Positions 39,525 through 47,315 of a DNA stretch of 64,000 nt are shown in pieces. The stretch spans positions 1 to 64,000 of IMG/VR virus record IMGVR_UViG_2974528200_000001; one strand, written 5' to 3'. Both the position numbers and the translations under genes were made by a program. The DNA comes from a virus (lineage: Duplodnaviria; Caudoviricetes). Every line of letters starts with the position of its first letter. The stretch's first letter is position 1. Under the pieces are notes generated by a model, which saw nothing but the letters and a program-made list of their open reading frames with translations, made no database searches and was not told the origin of the DNA.

Positions 39525-39554
39525 ATGTTATCAGCATCACATATTGTTAGGCAA
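39525..39554 (-). promoter_or_regulatory. SigA-like promoter TTGCCT-N18-TAACAT
   Basis: Reverse complement of 39525-39554. Confidence 0.5.
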
Positions 39555-39562
39555 CATAACGA

Positions 39563-39598
39563 CTGAACCCCACACTCTTCGTTGAGTGTGGGGTTCAG
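39563..39598. terminator. Strong hairpin, likely bidirectional terminator
   Basis: ctgaaccccacactc/gagtgtggggttcag; T-rich tails on both strands. Confidence 0.75.
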
Positions 39599-39624
39599 GT
39601 CTTTTCTGGTGGCGCGGGCGTCAA
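39595..39624 (-). CDS. Micro-ORF 3: MTPAPPEKT
   Basis: TTG 8 nt after GGAG; CCA-CCA codons. Confidence 0.35.
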   Translation of the reverse strand: MTPAPPEKT

Positions 39625-39686
39625 ATCGAGGGCTCCAATCTGTCGTCCCCCCCGCTTTCGGGTTCGTTGTTCAGTTGTGTTTCTCG

Positions 39687-39716
39687 TCACCGGGATGGTG
39701 GGTCTCTCGCTTGCAT
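39687..39716 (-). CDS. Micro-ORF 2: MQARDPPSR
   Basis: GAAAGGAGG SD then ATG CAA GCG AGA GAC CCA CCA TCC CGG TGA. Confidence 0.6.
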   Translation of the reverse strand: MQARDPPSR

Positions 39717-39755
39717 CTGTCCTCCTTTCGACCTTTGTTTCGTTCGTTTCTCATA

Positions 39756-39782
39756 TCATGCTGGTGGCTCTCTGGCCTTCAT
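39756..39782 (-). CDS. Micro-ORF 1: MKAREPPA
   Basis: GAAGGGGTGG SD then ATG AAG GCC AGA GAG CCA CCA GCA TGA. Confidence 0.55.
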   Translation of the reverse strand: MKAREPPA

Positions 39783-39825
39783 TTCCCACCCCTTCCGACC
39801 TGCTTCTTTCTAACTGATGCTCTCG

Positions 39826-39854
39826 ACTATAGACAGTAGCTGTGACTACGTCAA
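39826..39854 (-). promoter_or_regulatory. Near-consensus SigA promoter TTGACG-N17-TATAGT driving the micro-ORF array
   Basis: Reverse complement of actata-N17-cgtcaa. Confidence 0.7.
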
Positions 39855-39980
39855 CACCTAGATGCATGTGGGCTAGCCCACTCGCTGTCCGAACCGTCTG
39901 GTACGGTGCTATCTAGCCGTAGTGCTAGAAACTAGACAGGAGATTGAATCCGTTGAATACCAAGCCATCTGGGATGCCCC

Positions 39981-41153
39981 ATGGCGGGTAAGCCCACCGA
40001 AGACAAGCCGTGGCCGGTAGCGGTTTACAACCGTGAAGTCGGTGGATATATCGGTCGCTTGGGGGACATCTGGGTGGAAGGACAGCTCACCCGAGTTCAC
40101 CGTCCGAGTGGTTCTGTCACCTTCATTGAGATGCGCGATACGGAAAAGAATCAATCCATTTCCGTTACCGCTTCTCCTGGCGTTGTGCCGGCTGACATCG
40201 CTTCTGGTGATCATGTGAAGGTATTGGGTCACCCGCAGTACTGGACGTCGCGAGGGACGCTATCGCTGCGAATCAGCCGCATTCTTCCCGTCGGCGAGGG
40301 CGCACTACAGGCCGAGATGGTCGAGACCGAGAAGCGGCTCGAATCCGAGGGCCTGTTCCATCCGCGACATAAGCAGCGGCTCCCCGCGGTCCCGAAGCTG
40401 ATTGGCCTGATCACCGCCGAAAACAGCGACGCCGAGAAGGATGTCCTGAATGTTGCGCGGGACCGCTGGCCGAACGTCGAGTTCAAGACCCTTCACATCC
40501 CCGTCCAGGGCGTTCGGTGCGCAGGCAGAGCTGTCGCTGCACTGAAGTCCCTTGACGCAGACCCCACGGTTGACGTCATCATCTTCGCCCGTGGTGGTGG
40601 GTCTAACCAGGACCTTCTGCCCTGGTCGGACGAGGCTCTCGCGCGCGCCGTGTTCGCCGCCAACACGCCCACAGTCAGCGCGATCGGGCACGAGAACGAC
40701 AAACCGATGCTGGACCGTGTCGTGGACCTGCGAGCCGCGACGCCGACGGACGCAGCGAAACGTGTCGTACCCAACCTGTCTAATGAGCTCCGGCAGATCG
40801 AACAGGTGTTCGAACAGATTGGAGGATCGATCCGTGGACAGGTGCAGAACAACCAACTGCGTGTCGACTCCATGCTCAACCAGGTCGCAGGGTCGATCGC
40901 CGGGTCCGTCAACCGCGAGCAGATCCACCTGCAGAACGCCGTCCAGTCCCTGTTCGTGCAGTCCGAGGCCTTCATCGGTAGCCGTGAGCGGCGAGTCGAC
41001 ACGCTAGGGGAGACCCTCAAGGCCCTGGACCACCAGAAGGTTCTCGACCGCGGTTACGCCGTGGTTCAGGGCGTAACCGGACCGACGCCGGCATCCGGCA
41101 CCCGGTTCACCGTCACCACGAAGGACGGCACGTTCGATGCCGTCGTCGCATAA
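39981..41153 (+). CDS. xseA: Exodeoxyribonuclease VII large subunit
   Basis: OB fold IWVEGQ; ARGGGS..DL, SAIGHE.D, D.RAATPT.AA; ..L.RGYAVV. Confidence 0.93.
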   Translation: MAGKPTEDKPWPVAVYNREVGGYIGRLGDIWVEGQLTRVHRPSGSVTFIEMRDTEKNQSISVTASPGVVPADIASGDHVKVLGHPQYWTSRGTLSLRISRILPVGEGALQAEMVETEKRLESEGLFHPRHKQRLPAVPKLIGLITAENSDAEKDVLNVARDRWPNVEFKTLHIPVQGVRCAGRAVAALKSLDADPTVDVIIFARGGGSNQDLLPWSDEALARAVFAANTPTVSAIGHENDKPMLDRVVDLRAATPTDAAKRVVPNLSNELRQIEQVFEQIGGSIRGQVQNNQLRVDSMLNQVAGSIAGSVNREQIHLQNAVQSLFVQSEAFIGSRERRVDTLGETLKALDHQKVLDRGYAVVQGVTGPTPASGTRFTVTTKDGTFDAVVA

Positions 41154-41165
41154 CAGAGGAGAGTC

Positions 41166-41351
41166 ATGACCTACGAAGAAGCCCAGGCCGAGCTCGAGCA
41201 GCTCACCCGCAAGATCGCCAGCGGTTCGATGACCATCACCGAACTCCTGCCAGCCTGGCAGCGCGCGCTCGAGCTCAAGGGGGTCTGCGAGGAGCATCTG
41301 CGCGTCGCCCGTGAGTCGCTGGCCGACGTCATCGAGAAGGCTAACTCGTGA
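41166..41351 (+). CDS. xseB: Exodeoxyribonuclease VII small subunit
   Basis: TYEEA..ELE.....I.SG.......W.R...L...C...L; adjacent to xseA. Confidence 0.88.
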   Translation: MTYEEAQAELEQLTRKIASGSMTITELLPAWQRALELKGVCEEHLRVARESLADVIEKANS

Positions 41352-41503
41352 CCCTGCCGACATCGAAAGTCGCTGTCCTGCAGAAGTTTCCGGGCCAGCC
41401 CTACAGATACTTCGGCCCGTTCGACAACGACGCCGCAGCACAGAAGTACATCGAAGAGAACGACATGAAGATGTCATACGCGATCGAATTGAGGGACCCA
41501 TGA
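41348..41503 (+). CDS. Small hypothetical protein (51 aa), not in ORF track
   Basis: GTGA and ATGA coupling at both ends; YFGPF...AA..Y motif. Confidence 0.55.
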   Translation: MTLPTSKVAVLQKFPGQPYRYFGPFDNDAAAQKYIEENDMKMSYAIELRDP

Positions 41504-41748
41504 TCGAGGATCTCAAGACCGCGAAGATGCGGTACACGCCGGTCGAGGTGCCGGCCGAGGTTGAGTACGCCATCTGCGAGATCTTCGTTCGCGACGGCGA
41601 CCTCGGCGACGGCGAAGGCCCCTACACCACCCTCGCCTACGACGTGGCTGGCCAGTTCTTCCTGTCCACCATCGAGGGGCGCACCGCCAAGGTGTGGAAG
41701 CCTGGCGAAGTCGAAGTCATCACCCGTTTCAGATCCATTGTGACATAA
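41500..41748 (+). CDS. Hypothetical protein
   Basis: ATG at 41500 within ORF 41311..41748. Confidence 0.6.
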   Translation: MIEDLKTAKMRYTPVEVPAEVEYAICEIFVRDGDLGDGEGPYTTLAYDVAGQFFLSTIEGRTAKVWKPGEVEVITRFRSIVT

Positions 41749-41756
41749 GGAGAATC

Positions 41757-42458
41757 ATGAGCAATCTGTCCATTGACACCTACTACACGCAGCTCTGCTA
41801 CGGGCTCGAGTCCTTCGTCCGCAGCAAGGTCGAACAGGAAGTCAACGACCTCACCTACGAGGATGTCCCCTCGATCATGGGGTCGGTGGGTAGCCGACGT
41901 CGCGACGACATCGACACCGCCAAGGTCCGCGAGTTCCGCTGGCTGCGCGACCTGCTGACCGAGCGAATCGGCCCGCTCGCACCCCAGACGAGGTACACCA
42001 TCCTCCGCGAGGCGGTGCGGGCGATCAAGGGGTGGGCAACCGACCCGGAGAACCCACTGAACAACCGACCAGAGCAACTGTTCTACCGCAAGCTGATCAA
42101 TGTCCACGACAACGTCCCGGTTATGTGCGAGGAGATCAACGCCACCTTCATGTGGGTGAGCGACCGCCTCTTCTACTACGACCCGGAGCGCAAAGACTTC
42201 GGCGACGAGATCGCTGACCACTTCTCATACGACGAGATCACACACAAGGATCTGTGGGTATCGTGCGACGCGATCGAGGAATGGGCGGTGCTCAACCCGA
42301 GCTGGTGGCAATATCGGCACACCGACGTCGAGGGCTACGACTGCTGCGCGGACCCCGAATGCGGACTCCGTGACAATCCCACCGCCTACTACCAGCCCAA
42401 GCTGGACAAGGAGACCCGCCAGCGTCGCAAGGCCTACCTGGCCAAGCACTTCAGCTGA
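41757..42458 (+). CDS. Hypothetical protein
   Basis: ATG after AAGGAG. Confidence 0.7.
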   Translation: MSNLSIDTYYTQLCYGLESFVRSKVEQEVNDLTYEDVPSIMGSVGSRRRDDIDTAKVREFRWLRDLLTERIGPLAPQTRYTILREAVRAIKGWATDPENPLNNRPEQLFYRKLINVHDNVPVMCEEINATFMWVSDRLFYYDPERKDFGDEIADHFSYDEITHKDLWVSCDAIEEWAVLNPSWWQYRHTDVEGYDCCADPECGLRDNPTAYYQPKLDKETRQRRKAYLAKHFS

Positions 42459-42517
42459 ACATCGACACTCGAGAGGGTGCCAACACCATTGTCTTTGACG
42501 GTGGTTGTTGGTACCCT

Positions 42518-42537
42518 CTCTAATATTGGGTTAGACA
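42518..42537. promoter_or_regulatory. Operator-like palindrome
   Basis: ctctaatattgggttagaca. Confidence 0.5.
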
Positions 42538-42554
42538 GTAGAAAGGAGTTGGAC

Positions 42555-42767
42555 ATGGCATACATTTTCGACAAGAGCGAGTTGGCAGCACTCGCGGAGG
42601 TGATTCCGAAGATCGACGACGCCACCGGGTCGAGCCTCGGTAACAGCCAGCTGTACATCGACATGGAGCCGATCGCAGTCAAGAGCGGAAACAACAACAC
42701 CATCGGGCACATCCTGTGGGACGACGGGTTCGTCGGCTTCCGACCAGCGGACGGGGAGATCGAGTGA
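42555..42767 (+). CDS. Hypothetical protein
   Basis: ATG after GAAAGGAG. Confidence 0.7.
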   Translation: MAYIFDKSELAALAEVIPKIDDATGSSLGNSQLYIDMEPIAVKSGNNNTIGHILWDDGFVGFRPADGEIE

Positions 42768-43525
42768 CCGTCTACTTCACCGCCGACTTACACATCGGCC
42801 ACGAGAAGGTGGCAGAGACTCGAGTCCCGAAGCTCACCAAGACCCTCGGTCGTGTTTCGTCAACCTCCATACATGATGCTCTCATCAGGTCCAACCTGCG
42901 CAACACCCTCACCAAGCGGGATCAGCTATGGATCCTCGGCGACATCTCTGCCGGCGGGTCTGCGGCACAACGCAACGCCCTGGCCTTCCTGAAGGACATC
43001 AGGAACGAGACGGGGGTTGAGCTCCACCTGGTCCCCGGCAACCACGATGGATGTCACCCGCAGTTCCGCACCGCCAAGAAGTGGTGGCCCGAATACCTCG
43101 AGGTATTCGACACCATCATGCCCTTCGCCTCACGCAAAATCGCTGGTCAGAAGGTGTGCCTTTCGCATTACCCCTTCGATGGGGACCACACCGACAAGGA
43201 CCGGCACACCCAGTGGCGACTCCGTGATGAGGGCCGATGGCTGCTCCATGGCCACACACACCAAGACGCTCCACTCGACCTCGTTGAGTACGGGGTGCGA
43301 GACGGCGTGCCGTGGGGCAGGGACCGGTACATCACGGTCGAAGAGGCGCGGGATCGCGACCTCCGCACCTGGTGGACGGAGATGGAGCCCGACAAGGATG
43401 ACCCCCTCGGGATTGTTCGGCCCACCATCAACGTCGGCCTGGACGCCTGGGACATGAAACCCGTCTCACTCGAAACCATCGCCAACATCATCGAATCGCT
43501 CGAGAATCCCGAGGGGGGGCTGTGA
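42764..43525 (+). CDS. Calcineurin-like metallophosphoesterase
   Basis: DLHIGH, LGD, GNHD, HYP, HGHTH, NVG.D. Confidence 0.92.
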   Translation: MTVYFTADLHIGHEKVAETRVPKLTKTLGRVSSTSIHDALIRSNLRNTLTKRDQLWILGDISAGGSAAQRNALAFLKDIRNETGVELHLVPGNHDGCHPQFRTAKKWWPEYLEVFDTIMPFASRKIAGQKVCLSHYPFDGDHTDKDRHTQWRLRDEGRWLLHGHTHQDAPLDLVEYGVRDGVPWGRDRYITVEEARDRDLRTWWTEMEPDKDDPLGIVRPTINVGLDAWDMKPVSLETIANIIESLENPEGGL

Positions 43526-43983
43526 CCGTCATCCAAGAAGAAGTCATCCCCGGCACCTATGTCAGTGATCGGTTGAGCGACACCGCGATCCACGGTCGCT
43601 GCCAGTCGCGGTACAAGGTCAAGCGGGACGACATCAAGCAGTGCGAACTCATCCATGGTCACACCGGACGTCACGCCTACCTGCTACCTTCCCGCTACCC
43701 GTTCGTTTGCTGGTGGGACGACGAGGCCCTGCTCCTGGGTCCACTCGAGCAGGAAGCGTTCAACCGGCTGGTCAGGGCGCGCGACTATGTGCAGGATGCT
43801 ATGGACCGAGCCGAGTTCGAGCTCCGAGCACTGCGCATCAAAGCCCAGGACGCCAAGAATGACCGCCTCCTCGCGCTGCTCGAGGAGTGCGATGTCGATG
43901 ACTTCATGATCGACGACGTCTGCAAGTTCCCGTTCGACGACTCCGAGTCCGACTTCGCCTACCAACTCACTGAGTGCTACTAG
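43522..43983 (+). CDS. Hypothetical protein
   Basis: Coupled ORF with C..C.L..GH.G.H motif. Confidence 0.65.
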   Translation: MTVIQEEVIPGTYVSDRLSDTAIHGRCQSRYKVKRDDIKQCELIHGHTGRHAYLLPSRYPFVCWWDDEALLLGPLEQEAFNRLVRARDYVQDAMDRAEFELRALRIKAQDAKNDRLLALLEECDVDDFMIDDVCKFPFDDSESDFAYQLTECY

Positions 43984-43999
43984 AGAAAGAAGGTCAGTA

Positions 44000-45217
44000 A
44001 TGCCCAACATGATCGCCGACAAGGTTCTCAACTACGCGTCGCATATCGACGACAACACCATCGAACAGGCCGGCGAGATCTCGACGCTGCCGTTCATCCA
44101 CCCGCACGTCGCGCTGATGCCGGATGCTCACAGCGGCAGGGGTTCCGCGGTCGGCACCGTGATCCCGACCGTCGATGCGGTGATCCCCGCGGCGGTCGGC
44201 GTCGACATCGGCTGCGGCATGATCGGCGTGCAGACGGTGGTGCAGAAGAGGGACATCCACGACCTGAACCTGGCCGACCTTCGTGCGCGTGTCGAGGAGG
44301 CTATCCCGCTGTCTCCGGGCAACTACAACAAGAATGCCCGGTGGGCCAGCCACACCGAGGAGCGCATCGCGCGGCTCGAGGAGATGGCCGAGCAGAAGGG
44401 CGTCGACCTCAAGCACTCGCCGAAGTGGCGTGAACAGCTAGGCTCACTCGGCGGTGGCAACCACTTCATCGAACTGTGTGAGCAGATCGAGGGTGACGGC
44501 ACCGGATCGCTGTGGCTGTTCCTGCACTCCGGTAGCCGCGGCGTCGGAAACAAGATCGCGCAGAAGCACATCAAGATCGCACAGAAGCTGTGCAAGCGCT
44601 GGCACATCGAGCTCGCCAACCCCGACCTGGCCTACCTGGCTTCCGGGACCGACGAGTTCGGTGCCTACATCCGCGAGCTCCGGTGGGCCCAGGCGTTCGC
44701 GCTCGAGAACCGCGCCGAGATGATGGACCGGTTCCTCAGCGTGTTCACCGACTGGCTCGCCACTGACCGCGACGCCGCCCTCGAGTACGACGGCGTCGAG
44801 ATCGAAGAGCGCCGCATCAACTGCCACCACAACTACACCGAACGTGTCGAGATCAACGGCCAGAGCGTGTGGCTCACCCGCAAGGGTGCGATCGACGCCT
44901 CGGCGGGCCGCTATGGACTCATCCCCGGTTCCATGGGCACCAAGTCCTACGTGGTCTGTGGCAAGGGCAATGAGTCCGGTCTGAAGTCGGCACCCCACGG
45001 TGCTGGCCGGCGGTTCTCGCGCACGAAGGCCAAGCAGTTGTTCACCCTCGATGACCTCGCCGACCGGATGCAGGGCATCGAGTACCGACATGGTGCCGAG
45101 TGGATCGATGAGATCCCCGACGCCTACAAGCCGATAGACCAGGTCATGGCTGACGCCGCGGACCTGGTGGACGTCGAAGCAGTTCTCACCCAGCTCATGA
45201 ATGTGAAAGGTATTTGA
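44000..45217 (+). CDS. rtcB: RtcB-family RNA ligase
   Basis: MPDAH.G.G, GVDIGCG, GGGNHFIE, HSGSRG, HHNY, PGSMG, HGAGR, DE.P.AYK. Confidence 0.96.
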   Translation: MPNMIADKVLNYASHIDDNTIEQAGEISTLPFIHPHVALMPDAHSGRGSAVGTVIPTVDAVIPAAVGVDIGCGMIGVQTVVQKRDIHDLNLADLRARVEEAIPLSPGNYNKNARWASHTEERIARLEEMAEQKGVDLKHSPKWREQLGSLGGGNHFIELCEQIEGDGTGSLWLFLHSGSRGVGNKIAQKHIKIAQKLCKRWHIELANPDLAYLASGTDEFGAYIRELRWAQAFALENRAEMMDRFLSVFTDWLATDRDAALEYDGVEIEERRINCHHNYTERVEINGQSVWLTRKGAIDASAGRYGLIPGSMGTKSYVVCGKGNESGLKSAPHGAGRRFSRTKAKQLFTLDDLADRMQGIEYRHGAEWIDEIPDAYKPIDQVMADAADLVDVEAVLTQLMNVKGI

Positions 45218-45219
45218 TC

Positions 45220-45435
45220 ATGACCGACCCAGTCCAGGATGCAGTCAGCCGCGCTATCGCGACCACGATCGACGAGGCCAACACCGACAGCCTGTTGGTG
45301 CTCGTCGCGCGCGAGGCACTCAAGCCGATCCAGGAGGCCGTCGCCGAGGACATCACCGAGGCCTACGAGGGCGAGGACGACACGTTTGTCGCCGGCTACA
45401 ACGCCGCCCTCCGTTTGATCCGGGAGTATGTCTAA
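45220..45435 (+). CDS. Hypothetical protein
   Basis: Short ORF in operon. Confidence 0.6.
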   Translation: MTDPVQDAVSRAIATTIDEANTDSLLVLVAREALKPIQEAVAEDITEAYEGEDDTFVAGYNAALRLIREYV

Positions 45436-45656
45436 TGACCAGAGCAACACGAGAGACTCAGACCATCACCCGGCACCGATTCATCTGTCCATGTGACTAC
45501 AGCACAGGTGGAGACATCGGGACATTCATGGACGCCATGAACTGGGCATACGCCAAGGCGGACGAGCTGGGGATCAAGACCACCACCGACGACTGGTGCC
45601 GCCTGTTCCCGGAGGACGACCAGATCGCGATCGTGATCGAGGAGGTGCGGAAGTGA
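45435..45656 (+). CDS. Hypothetical protein
   Basis: Coupled ORF. Confidence 0.6.
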   Translation: MTRATRETQTITRHRFICPCDYSTGGDIGTFMDAMNWAYAKADELGIKTTTDDWCRLFPEDDQIAIVIEEVRK

Positions 45657-46276
45657 AGCTCGAGATCACCCTCGGCTGCGGGCTCACCCGTCCCGACAGT
45701 GTCGGCAAGAGCCCGGCGGACGGTATCTACATCGAAGTCGGGAGCTACCACTTCGAGCTCCGTCGACAGCGGCGGCACGAGCTGAAGTCTGACCACTGGG
45801 AGGGTGAGGCGAGGCACTGGTGGCAGTCCGAGCGCCAGGGCATCTACGACACCCTGTTCCTACCAATCGGTCGATTGTGTGTCGATGGTTTCCGCAGTCG
45901 ACAGTCCTACGCCGAGTACTGCGGGGTGCCGTATCTTTCGGTCGATTGGATCCTGGACGAGTTCGATTCGTCGTTCAATGATCTCGCGGTGGCTAGCCTG
46001 AAATACCACCTCGAGCTTTCGGTGGCTTGCAACGAGCACAACCGTGATCGTTACGAGGACCTGATGAAGCGGCTCACGGAGGAGGAGCCCACCTTCACGA
46101 AAGAGGAGTCGGATCTCGTTTTTGCAAAGGAGGGTGGATTCTTCACCCCCGAAGCGGACACGCCGGCTGGCCGATCGGTGTTTGCTGACTATCGGGACCG
46201 AGAGAAGGCTTACCTCGAACGCATCCGACAGGCACGCCACGATTTCGTGGACATTATGCCGGAATTGTGGAGCTGA
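45653..46276 (+). CDS. Hypothetical protein
   Basis: GTG after GGAGG, coupled. Confidence 0.65.
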   Translation: MKLEITLGCGLTRPDSVGKSPADGIYIEVGSYHFELRRQRRHELKSDHWEGEARHWWQSERQGIYDTLFLPIGRLCVDGFRSRQSYAEYCGVPYLSVDWILDEFDSSFNDLAVASLKYHLELSVACNEHNRDRYEDLMKRLTEEEPTFTKEESDLVFAKEGGFFTPEADTPAGRSVFADYRDREKAYLERIRQARHDFVDIMPELWS

Positions 46277-46279
46277 ATC

Positions 46280-46513
46280 ATGGCTGACGATTTCCAGCCC
46301 ATCACCGCGGCCACGCGGTTTGAGGTCGGCGAGATCTATCGAATTCGGTCAGACGAGGATGGGCCGATTGTGACCGCGGTCTGCACAGGCCGGAACGACA
46401 GCAGCATTACGTTCACCCCCATTCGAGAGGGTGATTCCTACAGCGTGATCCAGTCCTATGGGCTCGGTCTGGCGAGAGCGTTTGTCAATAACGAAGAGGA
46501 GATTCAACAATGA
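46280..46513 (+). CDS. Hypothetical protein
   Basis: 77-aa ORF. Confidence 0.6.
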   Translation: MADDFQPITAATRFEVGEIYRIRSDEDGPIVTAVCTGRNDSSITFTPIREGDSYSVIQSYGLGLARAFVNNEEEIQQ

Positions 46514-46734
46514 GCACCGATGTACTCGAACGCCCGGACGTCAAGAACACCGGCACCGACGACCGTGAGAAAGTCGTCCATTACATCAAGAGGAACGAAA
46601 TCCTCGAGAGCGTTGTCGACGGCAAGTTCGTCCGCACCCTGTGCGGCGAGATCCTTCAGGTGACCAAGACCGCGAAGGACGGATCACCTGTGTGCGAGAA
46701 GTGCAAGGAGATCTTCGCGGAGCTGCCGAAGTGA
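46510..46734 (+). CDS. DUF3039-like zinc-ribbon protein
   Basis: HY....I.ES.V.G..V..LCG.......SPVC..CKEI. Confidence 0.75.
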   Translation: MSTDVLERPDVKNTGTDDREKVVHYIKRNEILESVVDGKFVRTLCGEILQVTKTAKDGSPVCEKCKEIFAELPK

Positions 46735-46889
46735 CCGACGAAGAGATCCTCGCGTCCTATGAGGCTGGCTATGTCGAGGCCGACGTCTCCAGAGTCTCCA
46801 GCCCGGAGTGTCACGACTACACGCTCCGGTGCATGGAGGAGAGGCACATGGCCGGCCTGAGACGGATCGCCAGAGACGCCGCCATCTGA
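46731..46889 (+). CDS. Small hypothetical protein
   Basis: Coupled GTG. Confidence 0.5.
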   Translation: MTDEEILASYEAGYVEADVSRVSSPECHDYTLRCMEERHMAGLRRIARDAAI

Positions 46890-46897
46890 TCCCAAGC

Positions 46898-46932
46898 GAA
46901 GACCCCCCTACCAACCCAGTAGGGGGGTCTTC
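46898..46932. terminator. Hairpin between rightward operon and convergent tRNA-Lys
   Basis: gaagacccccctac/gtaggggggtcttc. Confidence 0.7.
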
Positions 46933-46939
46933 TCGTCTG

Positions 46940-47012
46940 TGCCCCCTCAGGGCCTCGATCCCTGGACCCGCGGTTTAAAAGACCGCTGCTCTACCAACTG
47001 AGCTAAAGGGGC
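46940..47012 (-). tRNA. tRNA-Lys(TTT), no encoded CCA end
   Basis: gcccctt/agggggc acceptor; gcggt-ctTTTaa-accgc; atypical T-loop atcgagg. Confidence 0.85.
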
Positions 47013-47059
47013 GTCCAGATACTAGCAATTCGGGCCCTCAGATCCAATCTGAGAGGCGA

Positions 47060-47300
47060 TAGGCGGACTTTTGGCGGACTACCTGTCTAATAGACATTTT
47101 AGACCCAAACTGACCTGCATTGATACGCGAACAGGTCTCCAGGTTGCGATGGATTAAAAGTTCATGGTAACCTGGATGCATACGCAGGCATTATGCGTCA
47201 AACGCGCAGGTCAGAGTGTGTCTAAGCCATCTCATGTGACCCCATGAACGGGCATGTATAGGCGGACTAATAGGCGGACTGGCGGACCGTAGGCGGACTA
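47060..47300. other. attP: arm-type repeats GGCGGAC(T) flanking an inverted-repeat core with 7-bp overlap TTAAAAG (47154-47160)
   Basis: Two repeats at 47060-47080 and four at 47259-47300; core tccaggttgcgatgga-ttaaaag-ttcatggtaacctgga. Confidence 0.8.
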
Positions 47301-47315
47301 CCCCCAGGAGGAACC

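Noticed and set aside
39582-39839. Plus-strand 75-85 aa Phe/Ser-rich ORFs
   Set aside because: By-product of the pyrimidine-rich strand; promoter, SDs and repeat units all point to the minus strand.
46940-47012. tRNA-Lys as a host prophage boundary (attL/attR)
   Set aside because: Phage genes continue on both sides and arm-type repeats flank an intact core, consistent with attP.
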